A DNA stretch of 64,000 nucleotides from an uncultured Gammaproteobacteria bacterium (GCA_964486995.1 CAZAOV010000001.1:95168-159167), one strand, 5' to 3'; shown: positions 1-10,682, numbered from the stretch's first letter. Notes: generated from the sequence alone by a model not told the origin. Numbers and translations: made by a program.

Positions 1-8
1 GAAAACAT

Positions 9-1256
9 ATGGGCAAAGGAGATAGTCAGCCTGGTTTCAATCCGGAAAGCTGGTTCGAGAATATTGAGGATGAAAAAGGCAAACCAATTAACCTCGAAGA
101 GTTTAAAGACAGGGGCAGTAAGCCGATCGAAGAGGGAGAAATTAAAGACGAGCGAACCCTGAAGGAGAGAGCCGAAATGCTTAAGCGCGCCGCCGAAGAG
201 CCGAAAATCACGATAATCGATGCGGTTGACGGGGAAGACAGTGAAACCATCATCGACCTCGACTTGAGTGACCGGAAAACCAGCCAAAAAAATATTGAAG
301 CGTTTGACGCGGCGAAAAAACTTGCGGAAAAAGAAGATCGCGAAAAACTTTCGGCTGAAGATGGCGTGATGCTCGATGCTGAACAGGAGGTACTGCTCCA
401 AGGAATTGTGGGCGAGCTGGCGGAAAAGGATAGCGTAAAAGAAATATTGATGCGCGAGGGAATTGCGGCGGGCGAAGATGAGCAAGCGCTGGAGAGCGGA
501 GTGGTAACCATGGTCGATAAGCTGATGACTCAGCCACAGATCCGGGAGCATCTGAAAAACCAGCTCAAGAATCAGCCAGACCAGATTTCTGCGATTGCCA
601 GTCTGAAACGCATTATCGAATCCACGATTTGGAATGCGGACCGCGAGACCAGAAAACAGCATGGAGAGATGCCGGTCACGAGCAATGAATCGACCCGGAA
701 AGAAATCGACCCGGCAATCAAGCAAGAGACCGAGAAAAGCTGGTCTCAATTGTCGAAAAAATTTTCCGCTGACAGCGAGTCCGTAACCATGCGGGAGAAA
801 AAGGCAGTAGTTCAGAAAATGATTCGCGGGTTAACCAGCGACCACCGGATTTCTGCGCTGGTGTTGACCGAGGGTCAGAACAACCAGTCGGAGGGACGAA
901 AACCCATTGTCGAACGGGGCATCGATGCGCTGGCTGAACGGATGACCACCGACCTGTCGGCGCAGATAAATTTTGAATTACAGTCGGCGCGCAAGCCGGA
1001 GGAATCGCTAAAGATTATCGAACGGCGTATTCTAAAAGAAGTCGAAAAAATTAAAGATTCAGCTAAGCAGAAAGAGCTCTATAAGGCCAAGTCCATCGAT
1101 TCGGGTGTGCCAACTTGGGAGAGCAGGCCGAGATTTGGCGAGGCACGAAAGGCGGCGAAAGCCAAACGGACGGCCGAGGAAAAACGTCAGGCCGAATCTA
1201 AGTTGGGTCCGCTAAAAAAGTTTGGTAAGTGGTTTGGTGGTCTGTTTGATAGATAA
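9..1256 (+). CDS. hypothetical highly charged, helical protein
   Basis: 415-aa E/K-rich ORF followed by hairpins; ends in an amphipathic-looking tail (LKKFGKWFGGLFDR); no recognised domain. Confidence 0.8.
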   Translation: MGKGDSQPGFNPESWFENIEDEKGKPINLEEFKDRGSKPIEEGEIKDERTLKERAEMLKRAAEEPKITIIDAVDGEDSETIIDLDLSDRKTSQKNIEAFDAAKKLAEKEDREKLSAEDGVMLDAEQEVLLQGIVGELAEKDSVKEILMREGIAAGEDEQALESGVVTMVDKLMTQPQIREHLKNQLKNQPDQISAIASLKRIIESTIWNADRETRKQHGEMPVTSNESTRKEIDPAIKQETEKSWSQLSKKFSADSESVTMREKKAVVQKMIRGLTSDHRISALVLTEGQNNQSEGRKPIVERGIDALAERMTTDLSAQINFELQSARKPEESLKIIERRILKEVEKIKDSAKQKELYKAKSIDSGVPTWESRPRFGEARKAAKAKRTAEEKRQAESKLGPLKKFGKWFGGLFDR

Positions 1257-1349
1257 CGTTAACGGCTGCCGCCCTTCCTGGCGGGGCGGTATCGTGTGCG
1301 GCGCGACATTCAAACGCATATTATATCTACGACAAAGATTTATTACGAT

Positions 1350-1385
1350 AAAAAATGCCGCCCCAGCTAGCGGGGCGGCTTTATT
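1350..1385. terminator. probable bidirectional intrinsic terminator
   Basis: GCCGCCCC/GGGGCGGC stem with A-run left and T-run right, between convergent ORFs. Confidence 0.7.
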
Positions 1386-1389
1386 GTCG

Positions 1390-1800
1390 TTAACTGCAGC
1401 TTGCCTTAGCGATTTGCCCGACCTCATGCAGATGCAGCGCGACGAAGCGCGCCACAATCATCTGCACGGCCGGATAAATCCGGTTATCATTCTCTTCGTC
1501 GCGCAACAGCGCACGAAGAGGGCCGGCAATGCCGGGTGGCATGAGCGCAATCATGGTAAGTTGCTCTTCAATCGCCTGCAGGTTGGCCAGCGTCAGATCC
1601 TTAACGACCTCGACTGACTGCTCGTAACTGAGGGCGACATCGGCTCTGATCGCATGCAGCATTTCAGCGATGACGCACTCGCACTCATTGGCTACCAGCG
1701 GATGTATCCCGAGCAATGCATTGGTCAATACAAGATAAGCCGAACAGTCGAGCGTCCGCTGGTCGATGAAGCGCCGCATCTCTCGTATGTCCCCGTTCAT
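1390..1800 (-). CDS. hypothetical protein
   Basis: 136-aa ORF with AAAGGAG Shine-Dalgarno (SD) and an upstream sigma70-like promoter. Confidence 0.7.
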   Translation of the reverse strand: MNGDIREMRRFIDQRTLDCSAYLVLTNALLGIHPLVANECECVIAEMLHAIRADVALSYEQSVEVVKDLTLANLQAIEEQLTMIALMPPGIAGPLRALLRDEENDNRIYPAVQMIVARFVALHLHEVGQIAKASCS

Positions 1801-1851
1801 CGGAACACTCCTTTCATTTTCTGTAAGCTAATGTCCAGAGAAATACCTATT

Positions 1852-1880
1852 AATCTAGCAGAAAACTAGTTGGTTGTCAA
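1852..1880 (-). promoter_or_regulatory. sigma70-type promoter
   Basis: TTGACA (1880-1875), 17 nt, TGn-TAGATT (1857-1852). Confidence 0.7.
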
Positions 1881-2024
1881 GGGTGGATGAAGCGGAGTTC
1901 AGGGTGCAGGGCCTTGATTCACACGCCTGCGCGGTTGCGGCTGTCTCGATTTGTTTAGTTGTTTGGTCTTTAATTTTTTTAGTGGCGTACCAGAAGGGAA
2001 AGCTCGGGCCGCGGGCGCACAAAA

Positions 2025-2073
2025 AGAAACATGACCACTTTTTGGGCCGGGCCCAAAAAGTGGTCATGTTTCT
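2025..2073. repeat. perfect palindrome, 24-bp arms
   Basis: AGAAACATGACCACTTTTTGGGCC-g-GGCCCAAAAAGTGGTCATGTTTCT. Confidence 0.9.
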
Positions 2074-2302
2074 GCGGCTAGGATAGCGAGCCTCGGCAGA
2101 AAAAAAGGAGGGGGGGATCAGGAAGCCCGAGCCGGGGGCGGGGGCGTGCCGGCCAGATAAGGAAAGCTTGCGATTGAGCTGCTCAGTTGCCGGGTTCTCG
2201 CTCTAAAACCCATTAAACAACTAAGTGACTAAAAATATCCAAGGTCAAAAACCAATACAAAAAACCGTCGACAATTAGCCAACGGCTTTAGAGCCTAACG
2301 CG

Positions 2303-2686
2303 CTACGGAGCGCACTTCTCGTACAAACAAGCCAGTACAGCAATCAACTCCACCGACTCCATCCGAACCACGTCACCATCCCAGAAACAGGATCCGATCC
2401 GCATCCACGAATCAAACACATCAGCATGCCGAGCAGAAAACACTTCGATAATCTGCACGCATGCTTTCTCATTCGATGTCGCCGCCATCACCGCACCAAC
2501 CCCTGTCTGGTCCAGGTCCATGTTGAACCGGAACGTCATAGATATGATTTCCGACAGACATCTAGTCCGTTCCATCACTCCGACTCCCTGCTTGGACACG
2601 AGCGACGACAGAAACTTCCGCACCGGTTCTGACACGATTTTTTCCCCGCTTCCGAACGGAACCCTGTTCACAAAATCCAAAATCAT
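2303..2686 (-). CDS. hypothetical protein
   Basis: 127-aa ORF with AGGAG SD and an upstream promoter. Confidence 0.7.
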   Translation of the reverse strand: MILDFVNRVPFGSGEKIVSEPVRKFLSSLVSKQGVGVMERTRCLSEIISMTFRFNMDLDQTGVGAVMAATSNEKACVQIIEVFSARHADVFDSWMRIGSCFWDGDVVRMESVELIAVLACLYEKCAP

Positions 2687-2753
2687 GTTTAACTCCTACT
2701 CAAAATTTGAACTTTTAACTTTTGAGAGCGCTAAGGGTAAAAATGAACCGCTA

Positions 2754-2782
2754 AATATATCACAAAAGAATCTCTCTGTCAA
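2754..2782 (-). promoter_or_regulatory. sigma70-type promoter
   Basis: TTGACA (2782-2777), 17 nt, TGn-TATATT. Confidence 0.7.
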
Positions 2783-2878
2783 TCCCGTTAGCTATTTTCG
2801 AATCGTGAGCACTTGACTCTACTCCGATGAACTCACAAATAATATTGTCGATGAAATAGAGCCTCCTTAAGCTAAGTA

Positions 2879-5800
2879 TTATTCCGAACCTTCCTCAATT
2901 AAATTGCTCACTAGGCGTTTCAAGGAATCTAATGCCAGTACCGACATGTCTGTCTCCTGATCCGCATGCTTGGCATCCACCCCAATTCCGCCCACTCCGA
3001 CCGCTAAATCACGAAGCAGTCGGTCCTGACGACCTAATTTTTCATTTAACTCATTGATGGAGCGCTCTAAATTTCTGGCTTCCTCGGTACGCTTGAGCAC
3101 CTTGGAGTAGACCGAATCTTCGGATTTTGCAGATGACGCTAACTGGCGTTTGAACTCTTTCTTGTCGTCGTCCGCCCGCTTGTCTGATATGTCCCACAAA
3201 CCGCCCACGATCTTGGCGTACATTTGTTCCGCGTAGTTTTCATTGCCGGTGAGACGCTTCCTTTCACGACGATCAATAATAGCCTGTCGCATACCCTCGC
3301 CGAGTGTCGCCACAGCTGCAGATGCCGAAGCGCGCATCTTGAAATCGTCCGAAACATCATCTAAGCCAGCTCGTTTTGCTACTTCTGGGTCAGAAAAATC
3401 CACCAAATCCGACACGTCCAGTTTAGCTATTTCATTTCGATAGGCGTTCAAAACGTTCTCAAGCGACTCCGCTTCAAGTGGCCGGTCGGATTTGACCATT
3501 ATGCTGTATTCGTCTCCCCCGCCAAGCAGCGGCAACACTTCTGTCGCGCCCATTTCACGCAACAGCGTAGCTGCTTCTGTATTTGGGTCACGAAACACCT
3601 CGGCCAATCGCTTAAGATATTCATCACCCTTGGCGTGCGAGCCGGATAAATCATTGACCGCCTTCAGCCCGTTGGCGTCAAACGAAAACCGTGCGACCTT
3701 ATCCATTTCTTCAGGCGATACCTGACCCTGCTCGTACATCTCCTTAACCCAGTCGATAGTCTTTAGCTTGCCGTATGCGTCCTTCATCATGAGCTCCTCC
3801 TGTCCGTCCTCAGCTTCAAAAGTGAATCGACTGTCCGCATACGCCAGGTCAAATATCTGCAGTTCTCGCTCGATGAAACTGTCGCGCTTAGTGAACAAGT
3901 CATCCAATTCCGCTTCAAGCTGCATAATCTTCTGCACCTGCTCTTGGTTCGGCTCACCCTCAATGCTGTCCATCAGTTCAACAAACTCTAGCTGACGGCC
4001 GTTTATTAGCGCATCGACATGCTCAACCACATTTCCGAGCCGTTTGACCGCCTCTTGCCGATGCTTCTCCGGTAGGCGCGCCAATCTTTCCTCAAGTTCG
4101 GAATTTGTGTCGGCACGCGACAAGTCCAACCCCGTTTTCTCCGCCCTGTCGCTTACCTTACTAATTACCTCTTTCATCTGGACGGTGCTGAAATCGGCTC
4201 TCTCTTTCCGCAAAGTCTGCTCGGTCAACGAACCTGTTTCGTCGGATTCCCCCTGCCCCTCTTCACTAGCAGTCATCCGTTCCTGAAGCATACTCTTTCG
4301 CTCCATACCCAACGCCTCCAGTCGGGCATATATCTGCTGAATCAACAGTTGAGGGGTCAAATCATCTCGGTTTAGCAGTTCATCACGAATGTTTCTTTTG
4401 ACTTCCTCGATTTTAGCCAATTCATCCGCTAGCATTTTTTCGTGCTTCTCCAGTTGCCGTGCTTCCTCGGTACGTTTCATTACCTTGGAATAAAATTGCT
4501 CCAATTCGGTGCCGTTCTTCAGGTCTTCCTTGTAGCGTCCTTTATTGAACTCGGCCCACTCGTCGGATGCGTCCCACAAGCCACCCATTATCTTTGCCAG
4601 CATGGAATTTTCTTCTGACTCGTCGCCGGTTAGTCTTTTTTCCGAACGGCTATCGTTTAAGGCCGTGGCCATACCTTCTTCCAGCGTGGCCACACCACCA
4701 GCTGCGGATGCCCACATCTTAAAATCCTCGGGAATAGTTTCGTCGGCCTGTTTCAGCACCTCTGCTCGCTGACTCTCGTCCATGGCGTCAAACTCACTCC
4801 TAGTGAGACCCATGAAACGCAACCGCACCTCGAAATCATTTTGCAGATCAATTAGGTTTTCTATGCCCTCAATGGCTTCGATTTCTTTTTCGAACTTCTC
4901 GACAACTTCGTTAAGCTCTCGCTGATCCAGTTCTTTGTCCGAACGCACCAGCACGCTGTACTCATCACCACCGCCCAACAGCGGCAGGTAGTTTTCTTCG
5001 GCCACGCCCATCTCTTCTAGCATCTGACGTGCTCGACTGTCTTTATTGCGAAAAACAGCGGCCACTTTTTTCAGATACTCATCACCCTTGTCGTGCGAAC
5101 CAGACAAGTCGTTGACCGCCTTCAAACCATTGGCGTCAAACGAAAGCCGGGCCACTTTCCGTAAATCCGACGCATCCATCTGCCCGTCCTGAAAAAATTC
5201 CTTGAGCCATTCCATGGTGCGCAGCTTGCCGAACACGTCTTTCATCATGTGCTCACTGCGACCGTCCGCCGTTTCGAACATGAATCGCTTATCTTCGAAC
5301 AGCTCCCGATGACGAGCGGCATATTCCTTGGTCAGCTCCTCCATCTGGTCGAACGCCCGAACATCTTTGATCATTTCTATGTAGTCCAAAACATCACGTA
5401 TCGATCGCTCCGACAAATCACTAAAAGGCTCGGCCAAATCGCCGACATACTGATCAAAAACTTTCTGTTTCTCTTCTTCGTCTAGGGCTTCGTACTCTTT
5501 CCTGAACTTCGCCTTGATTTCTTTGAGCGCATCGGACGATGCATACAGTTCCGAAGCGGTCATGGCCGTATCTTGAACCAGTTGTTCTAATATCATTTTC
5601 CTATCCTGGTCCGAAACGTCGGCTAACAACTCGCTGATTTCGGATTTGGCATCAATAATTCCGGTAGCCTTTGAGGCAACTGATGACTGTCCGGTTTCCG
5701 ACGGCATATCGACCGCACCGTCAAAATTCTCCCCCACCAACTGCTCAACCAACGCCTTTTTGTGAGCATCAACCCGACGATCGTTGATGTAATCTATTAT

Positions 5801-5884
5801 TTCCTCGACGGTTTTTGGCGCCTGTTCATGACCGAAATCGCTGGTCAGATTAGCTTCTTGCCTTTCTTTTGGCAGTTCAGCCAT
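2879..5884 (-). CDS. protein with two tandem GGDEF-like (diguanylate-cyclase-like) domains
   Basis: Two copies of SFDANGLKAVNDLSGSHxKGDEYL and PLLGGGDEYS; likely ATG at 5884 (track start 5914 is TTG). Confidence 0.8.
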   Translation of the reverse strand: MAELPKERQEANLTSDFGHEQAPKTVEEIIDYINDRRVDAHKKALVEQLVGENFDGAVDMPSETGQSSVASKATGIIDAKSEISELLADVSDQDRKMILEQLVQDTAMTASELYASSDALKEIKAKFRKEYEALDEEEKQKVFDQYVGDLAEPFSDLSERSIRDVLDYIEMIKDVRAFDQMEELTKEYAARHRELFEDKRFMFETADGRSEHMMKDVFGKLRTMEWLKEFFQDGQMDASDLRKVARLSFDANGLKAVNDLSGSHDKGDEYLKKVAAVFRNKDSRARQMLEEMGVAEENYLPLLGGGDEYSVLVRSDKELDQRELNEVVEKFEKEIEAIEGIENLIDLQNDFEVRLRFMGLTRSEFDAMDESQRAEVLKQADETIPEDFKMWASAAGGVATLEEGMATALNDSRSEKRLTGDESEENSMLAKIMGGLWDASDEWAEFNKGRYKEDLKNGTELEQFYSKVMKRTEEARQLEKHEKMLADELAKIEEVKRNIRDELLNRDDLTPQLLIQQIYARLEALGMERKSMLQERMTASEEGQGESDETGSLTEQTLRKERADFSTVQMKEVISKVSDRAEKTGLDLSRADTNSELEERLARLPEKHRQEAVKRLGNVVEHVDALINGRQLEFVELMDSIEGEPNQEQVQKIMQLEAELDDLFTKRDSFIERELQIFDLAYADSRFTFEAEDGQEELMMKDAYGKLKTIDWVKEMYEQGQVSPEEMDKVARFSFDANGLKAVNDLSGSHAKGDEYLKRLAEVFRDPNTEAATLLREMGATEVLPLLGGGDEYSIMVKSDRPLEAESLENVLNAYRNEIAKLDVSDLVDFSDPEVAKRAGLDDVSDDFKMRASASAAVATLGEGMRQAIIDRRERKRLTGNENYAEQMYAKIVGGLWDISDKRADDDKKEFKRQLASSAKSEDSVYSKVLKRTEEARNLERSINELNEKLGRQDRLLRDLAVGVGGIGVDAKHADQETDMSVLALDSLKRLVSNLIEEGSE

Positions 5885-6074
5885 ATATTTATCGTAGTGA
5901 GAAAATATTTCCAAATTTAGTGAAAAAATCGCTCTCGCGCTAATTGGGCTCGTTATAGTTAAATTTTAGCATATTTTAGCAAAAAAATCGAGAACGCATA
6001 GCACCCCCGTCCCGAATAGGGCCCGACGAAGTCTTGAAGCCCCACTAAAAAAGCTAAAATTAGCTCTTTTTATG

Positions 6075-7133
6075 TTACCCTGTATTTCCAACAATCAATT
6101 CATAAACCCTAAGCGCAGCATCCGAATCATTAATCCGGCTCATCGCAACGGACAACTGCCGTAACTCGTATGGATTTTGCAGTAAATAATTCACCCGCTC
6201 AGCCAACTTGTCCCCGCTACCGGACTCTTCAAACAGCACCGCGCCGCCGTGTTCAACATAGTATCGCGCATTTTCTTCCTGGTGCGAGTTCTGGATTGGC
6301 ACCACAACAGCTGGCAACCCCAGCGCCGCCAACTCGGTCAGAGTGCCCATCCCGGCCCGCGTCACCACCAATCGAGCCGCCGCATAAGCATCGGCAATCT
6401 CCTCGGACAAAAACTCAACCTGATGATAAGTATTGGGCGCGTTATGGGTCGGATAGCTTTTTCCGCGACCGACCACATGAATTATCTGCACACCGTCAAG
6501 CGCCGGCAATGCGGCCATCACCAGTCGATTCAAGTTCACCGCACCGGTCCCGCCGCCGATGACCAGCACAATCGGCAGTTCCTCACGAAGCCTAAAACGA
6601 CGCCGCGCCTTCTCGGCGGAACCGCTGAACAAAAATCGACGAATCGGATTTCCGGTAACCGTAATTTTTTTGCCGCCAAAATCTTCCCGTGACTTGGCAA
6701 AGGTCGCCGAAACGCTCTTGGCGAACGGCACCGACAGCCTGTTCGCCAGACCTGGCCGCCAATCCATCTGATGAATATGCGCCGGAATCCGCAGTAGCCA
6801 AGCCGCCCAAACAACCGGCACCGCCACGAACCCACCGGCGCTAACCACCGCATCTGGGCGGAAGAGCCTCAGCTGCGACCACGCATCATACAAACCCTTC
6901 AGAACCAAAAATGGCGTAGCCAAATTTCTCAGGGTCAAAAATCGCCGCAATCTGCCGGAAGTAATGCCGACATATTTAATATCCGCAGCTTCGACCATCT
7001 TTCGTTCCGGTCCGGTTTTAGTGCCAAGCCAAAGCAATTCGTGATTGGAATTTTTTTCTTGAGCCACTTCGGCCACGGCCAGCAGCGGTGTCACCGAACC
7101 CAGTGTGCCTCCGCCGGAAAATACTATCTTCAT
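6075..7133 (-). CDS. murG: MurG N-acetylglucosaminyltransferase
   Basis: GGGTLGS, GGFVAVP, TGNPIR, GGGTGA, TRAG and HQEENA motifs; next to ftsW. Confidence 0.95.
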   Translation of the reverse strand: MKIVFSGGGTLGSVTPLLAVAEVAQEKNSNHELLWLGTKTGPERKMVEAADIKYVGITSGRLRRFLTLRNLATPFLVLKGLYDAWSQLRLFRPDAVVSAGGFVAVPVVWAAWLLRIPAHIHQMDWRPGLANRLSVPFAKSVSATFAKSREDFGGKKITVTGNPIRRFLFSGSAEKARRRFRLREELPIVLVIGGGTGAVNLNRLVMAALPALDGVQIIHVVGRGKSYPTHNAPNTYHQVEFLSEEIADAYAAARLVVTRAGMGTLTELAALGLPAVVVPIQNSHQEENARYYVEHGGAVLFEESGSGDKLAERVNYLLQNPYELRQLSVAMSRINDSDAALRVYELIVGNTG

Positions 7134-8266
7134 ACTCGTCGTCTTAGCCGTTGCGGTTTATTGCTGGCTGCCTCGATGTGGCGGGTTATGTTTGCCACCA
7201 CTCCCATAGTGGCCAAAACCACCAGCAACGCCGTTCCGCCGTGGCTGATGAAAGGCAACGGCAACCCAGTCATCGGGAACAGTCCAATCATGGAACCAAC
7301 ATTCAGCAATATTTGCGACAAGAGCCAACCGGCCACACCAGCAACAAACAGCGCACTAAAGCCACAAGGAGCTTTTCTGGCCACAGTCAGTAACCGCAAA
7401 ATAAAAACGGCCATTAGCGCCAGCACCGCCATAGTCAGCACGAATCCCAACTCCTCGGCAATAATCGCGAATATCGAGTCGCCGACCACCTCGGGCAAAT
7501 ACATGTATTTCTGTCGCGAGTGTCCGAGCCCCAAACCAAACAATCCGCCCGAACCAATCGCCAAGAAGGACTGGTTGATATGATATCCAATCCCCTGCGG
7601 TTCCAACTCCGGATGAAGAAAGGTCATCAGTCTTGCCGCACGATATGGAGCGCTCTTAATCGACAGGTAAAGCGCCGCCGCACCGGCGGCTGACAGGCCG
7701 ACCAGATGCGCCCACGGTGCGCCGGCCAGAAAAAACACGATAACGGAAAGCGCAACAATCACCGACAGACTACCTAGGTCGGGCTGTAATATAACCAGCG
7801 ACGCGACCGAGCCCAGCGATAGAATAAATGGCCACAGCCCGAGTTTCGGATTCTGCAACTCATCACCGCTGAGGCGCGACAACCAATCGGCCAGAAACAC
7901 CAGCAGTGTGAACTTCACCACCTCGGCCGGCTGCAAAGAAAAACCACCGATGTTGATCCAGCTGCGTGATGTGCCCCATGTAGCACCCAAGCCCGGAACA
8001 AACACCAGAAGCAGCAAAACCAACGAGACAAAAAACATCGGTTTAGCCATCTTTCGCAAAAACCGATAGTCGATATGCGACAGCAGTAAAAACAGCACCA
8101 TGCCAGGCAACAAGCCGTAAAACAGCTGATGCTTGACGTACCAATACGAATCACCAAATTTTTCATACGCCACCGGTCCAGATGCGGAAGTGAGCATGAC
8201 TAAACCCAGCACCAGCAAAATGCCGAGCATCACAAGAAATCTCCTGTCTATCTGGGGCGTAATCAT
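7130..8266 (-). CDS. ftsW: FtsW SEDS peptidoglycan polymerase
   Basis: SLQPAEVVK, LQPDLGS, GSGGLFGLG and GLPLPFISHGG motifs. Confidence 0.95.
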   Translation of the reverse strand: MITPQIDRRFLVMLGILLVLGLVMLTSASGPVAYEKFGDSYWYVKHQLFYGLLPGMVLFLLLSHIDYRFLRKMAKPMFFVSLVLLLLVFVPGLGATWGTSRSWINIGGFSLQPAEVVKFTLLVFLADWLSRLSGDELQNPKLGLWPFILSLGSVASLVILQPDLGSLSVIVALSVIVFFLAGAPWAHLVGLSAAGAAALYLSIKSAPYRAARLMTFLHPELEPQGIGYHINQSFLAIGSGGLFGLGLGHSRQKYMYLPEVVGDSIFAIIAEELGFVLTMAVLALMAVFILRLLTVARKAPCGFSALFVAGVAGWLLSQILLNVGSMIGLFPMTGLPLPFISHGGTALLVVLATMGVVANITRHIEAASNKPQRLRRRV

Positions 8267-8318
8267 ATGTAAGCCATGACTAGCGGCTGACCGTTTCTTG
8301 GCTTAAGTACACGATACC

Positions 8319-10682
8319 TTATTTTTTACCTTTCGTTAGCACTAAAGGGAGAACCTCATCCACGGTTTTCACAAAAACAAATTCCATGCTGTCCCGTACC
8401 TCCTGCGGCACGTCAGCCAAATCCCTGCGATTGTCGTGTGGCATTATTACTCGCTTGATGCCAGCGCGATGCGCGGCCAGACACTTCTCTTTGACGCCGC
8501 CGATTTCAAGCACTCGACCGCGCAACGTTATCTCCCCGGTCATGGCAACACTCCGGCTTAATTTGTTGCCGCCCAGTAACGACACCAGCGCCACGGCCAT
8601 AGCTACACCCGCGGACGGTCCGTCTTTAGGTATGGCTCCGGCCGGAACATGAATATGAAAATCAGTTTTCTGGTGAAAGTCCGCATTCACCCCCAGCTTG
8701 TCGGCCACCGACCGCACATAAGAAAATGCGGCTTGCGCGGATTCCTGCATAACCTCTCCAAGTTGCCCAGTCAAAATCAGTTTCCCCTTGCCCGGCATCT
8801 GGGTCGCTTCAATTTGCAGAATTTCACCGCCGGTCTGCGTCCACGCCAGGCCAGTCACCACACCGACCTCGTCGCGTGCACCGGCTTCCATGTGAGTAAA
8901 CTTGCGCGGACCCAAGAAATTCTCAACGTCTTTAGCACGAATATCTTTTCGCGGTTTAGTGCCCTCAACTACTTTCTTGGCGATCTTTCGGCATACCGAT
9001 GATATTTCTCGCTCCAGATTGCGCACGCCCGCCTCACGCGTATAATGACGAATCAACTCATGCAGTGCGGCTGGCTGGAACTTGCAGCCACGTCGCCCTA
9101 ACCCGTTGTTCCTAATCGCTTTCGGTATCAGATACCCCTTTGCAATCTCTGTCTTCTCACGCTCGGTGTAGCCGGGAAATTCAATCACCTCCATGCGATC
9201 CCGAAGGGCCGGCGGAATTGTGTCGAGCACGTTAGCCGTAGTAATGAACAGCACGTCAGACAAATCAAACGGCACTTCCAGATAATGATCAGAAAACTCA
9301 TGATTCTGTTCCGGATCAAGCGCCTCCAGTAACGCAGCTGACGGATCACCACGAAAATCAGAACCAATCTTATCGATTTCGTCCAGCATAAATACCGGAT
9401 TACAGGTACCGACATTAGCGATACCCTGGATAATTCGACCGGGCAACGCACCAACATATGTCCGCCGATGCCCGCGAATCTCAGCTTCGTCATGCACGCC
9501 ACCCAAGCTGACACGATGAAACTTCCGCCCGAGCGCCCGGGCGATAGACTTGCCGATAGAAGTCTTGCCGGTTCCGGGCGGCCCGGCAAAACACATTATC
9601 GACCCACGCATCTTGCCGACCAATTTTTGCACCGCCAAATACTCCAGCACGCGATCCTTGGGCTTATCCAAACCAAAATGATCCTCATCCAGAATTTTTT
9701 TGGCCTGCTTCACATCTATCTCGGATTCGTCTTTCTTGTCCCACGGCAAATCCGTCAGCCATTCAAGATATGTCCGAACGTACGACGCTTCCGGACTGAA
9801 CGACGGCATGGCTTTCAACCGATGATATTCTTTTATCGCCTTAGCCTTTGCGTCCTCCGGCATGTTGGCGGATTCAATACGTTCGCTCAAATCGTCATCG
9901 TCACTTTTGCCGTTGATGCCTTCCAGCTCTTTTTCAATCGATTTCAACTGCTCACGCAGAAACACTTCGCGCTGCATTTTGTCGAGCTCCTTACCGGTTT
10001 CGGCCTGAATCTGCGATGCCATCTGCAAAATTTTTACCTGTCGGCCTAAAGCCTGGCTGACGCGGTCCAATTTCTCTTCTGCGGTATTTGATTCGAGCAC
10101 GCCCTGTTTTTCCTTGACCGACATCTCCACGTTCGCGGCAATCATGTCGCCGAGCAGCCACGGCTCACTCATATTCAAAATCACCAACAGCACATCAAAC
10201 GACACGTTCGCCCCCATGTTCACCACTCGCCTAAACTGATTCAGCACGCTGTACATCAACGCTTCTATTCGTTCGGTCTTCTGATCGTTCGGCTCAAAAA
10301 ATGGCTTAACTACAGCCTTAATATATGGTTTCTCCACTGCGACTGACGCTATCCGAACCCGCGCTAACCCCTCTACCAAAACACGAATCGTTCCATCGTC
10401 CTGCTTCACCAACTCACGCACTCGAGCCAACGTACAAACTTCGTACAGCTGATCGACGGTGGGTTCACTGGCCTCCGGATTCTTTTGCGCTGAAAGCGCG
10501 ATTACCCGACCGTGCTTCATTGCGTCGTCCAGCGCCTGCGTGGACTTTTCTCGCCGAACCACAATCGGCATGGCCACGCGCGGAAAAGCCACGGTGTCCC
10601 GAAGCGGAATTAACGGCACCTCTCGAGACTTGCGGTCCGAGAAATATTGTTCGGCAAATTCTTGGTTGTCTTTTTGAGCCAT
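8319..10682 (-). CDS. lon: Lon protease
   Basis: LON N-domain, Walker A GPPGTGKT, PKDGPSAG catalytic Ser. Confidence 0.97.
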   Translation of the reverse strand: MAQKDNQEFAEQYFSDRKSREVPLIPLRDTVAFPRVAMPIVVRREKSTQALDDAMKHGRVIALSAQKNPEASEPTVDQLYEVCTLARVRELVKQDDGTIRVLVEGLARVRIASVAVEKPYIKAVVKPFFEPNDQKTERIEALMYSVLNQFRRVVNMGANVSFDVLLVILNMSEPWLLGDMIAANVEMSVKEKQGVLESNTAEEKLDRVSQALGRQVKILQMASQIQAETGKELDKMQREVFLREQLKSIEKELEGINGKSDDDDLSERIESANMPEDAKAKAIKEYHRLKAMPSFSPEASYVRTYLEWLTDLPWDKKDESEIDVKQAKKILDEDHFGLDKPKDRVLEYLAVQKLVGKMRGSIMCFAGPPGTGKTSIGKSIARALGRKFHRVSLGGVHDEAEIRGHRRTYVGALPGRIIQGIANVGTCNPVFMLDEIDKIGSDFRGDPSAALLEALDPEQNHEFSDHYLEVPFDLSDVLFITTANVLDTIPPALRDRMEVIEFPGYTEREKTEIAKGYLIPKAIRNNGLGRRGCKFQPAALHELIRHYTREAGVRNLEREISSVCRKIAKKVVEGTKPRKDIRAKDVENFLGPRKFTHMEAGARDEVGVVTGLAWTQTGGEILQIEATQMPGKGKLILTGQLGEVMQESAQAAFSYVRSVADKLGVNADFHQKTDFHIHVPAGAIPKDGPSAGVAMAVALVSLLGGNKLSRSVAMTGEITLRGRVLEIGGVKEKCLAAHRAGIKRVIMPHDNRRDLADVPQEVRDSMEFVFVKTVDEVLPLVLTKGKK

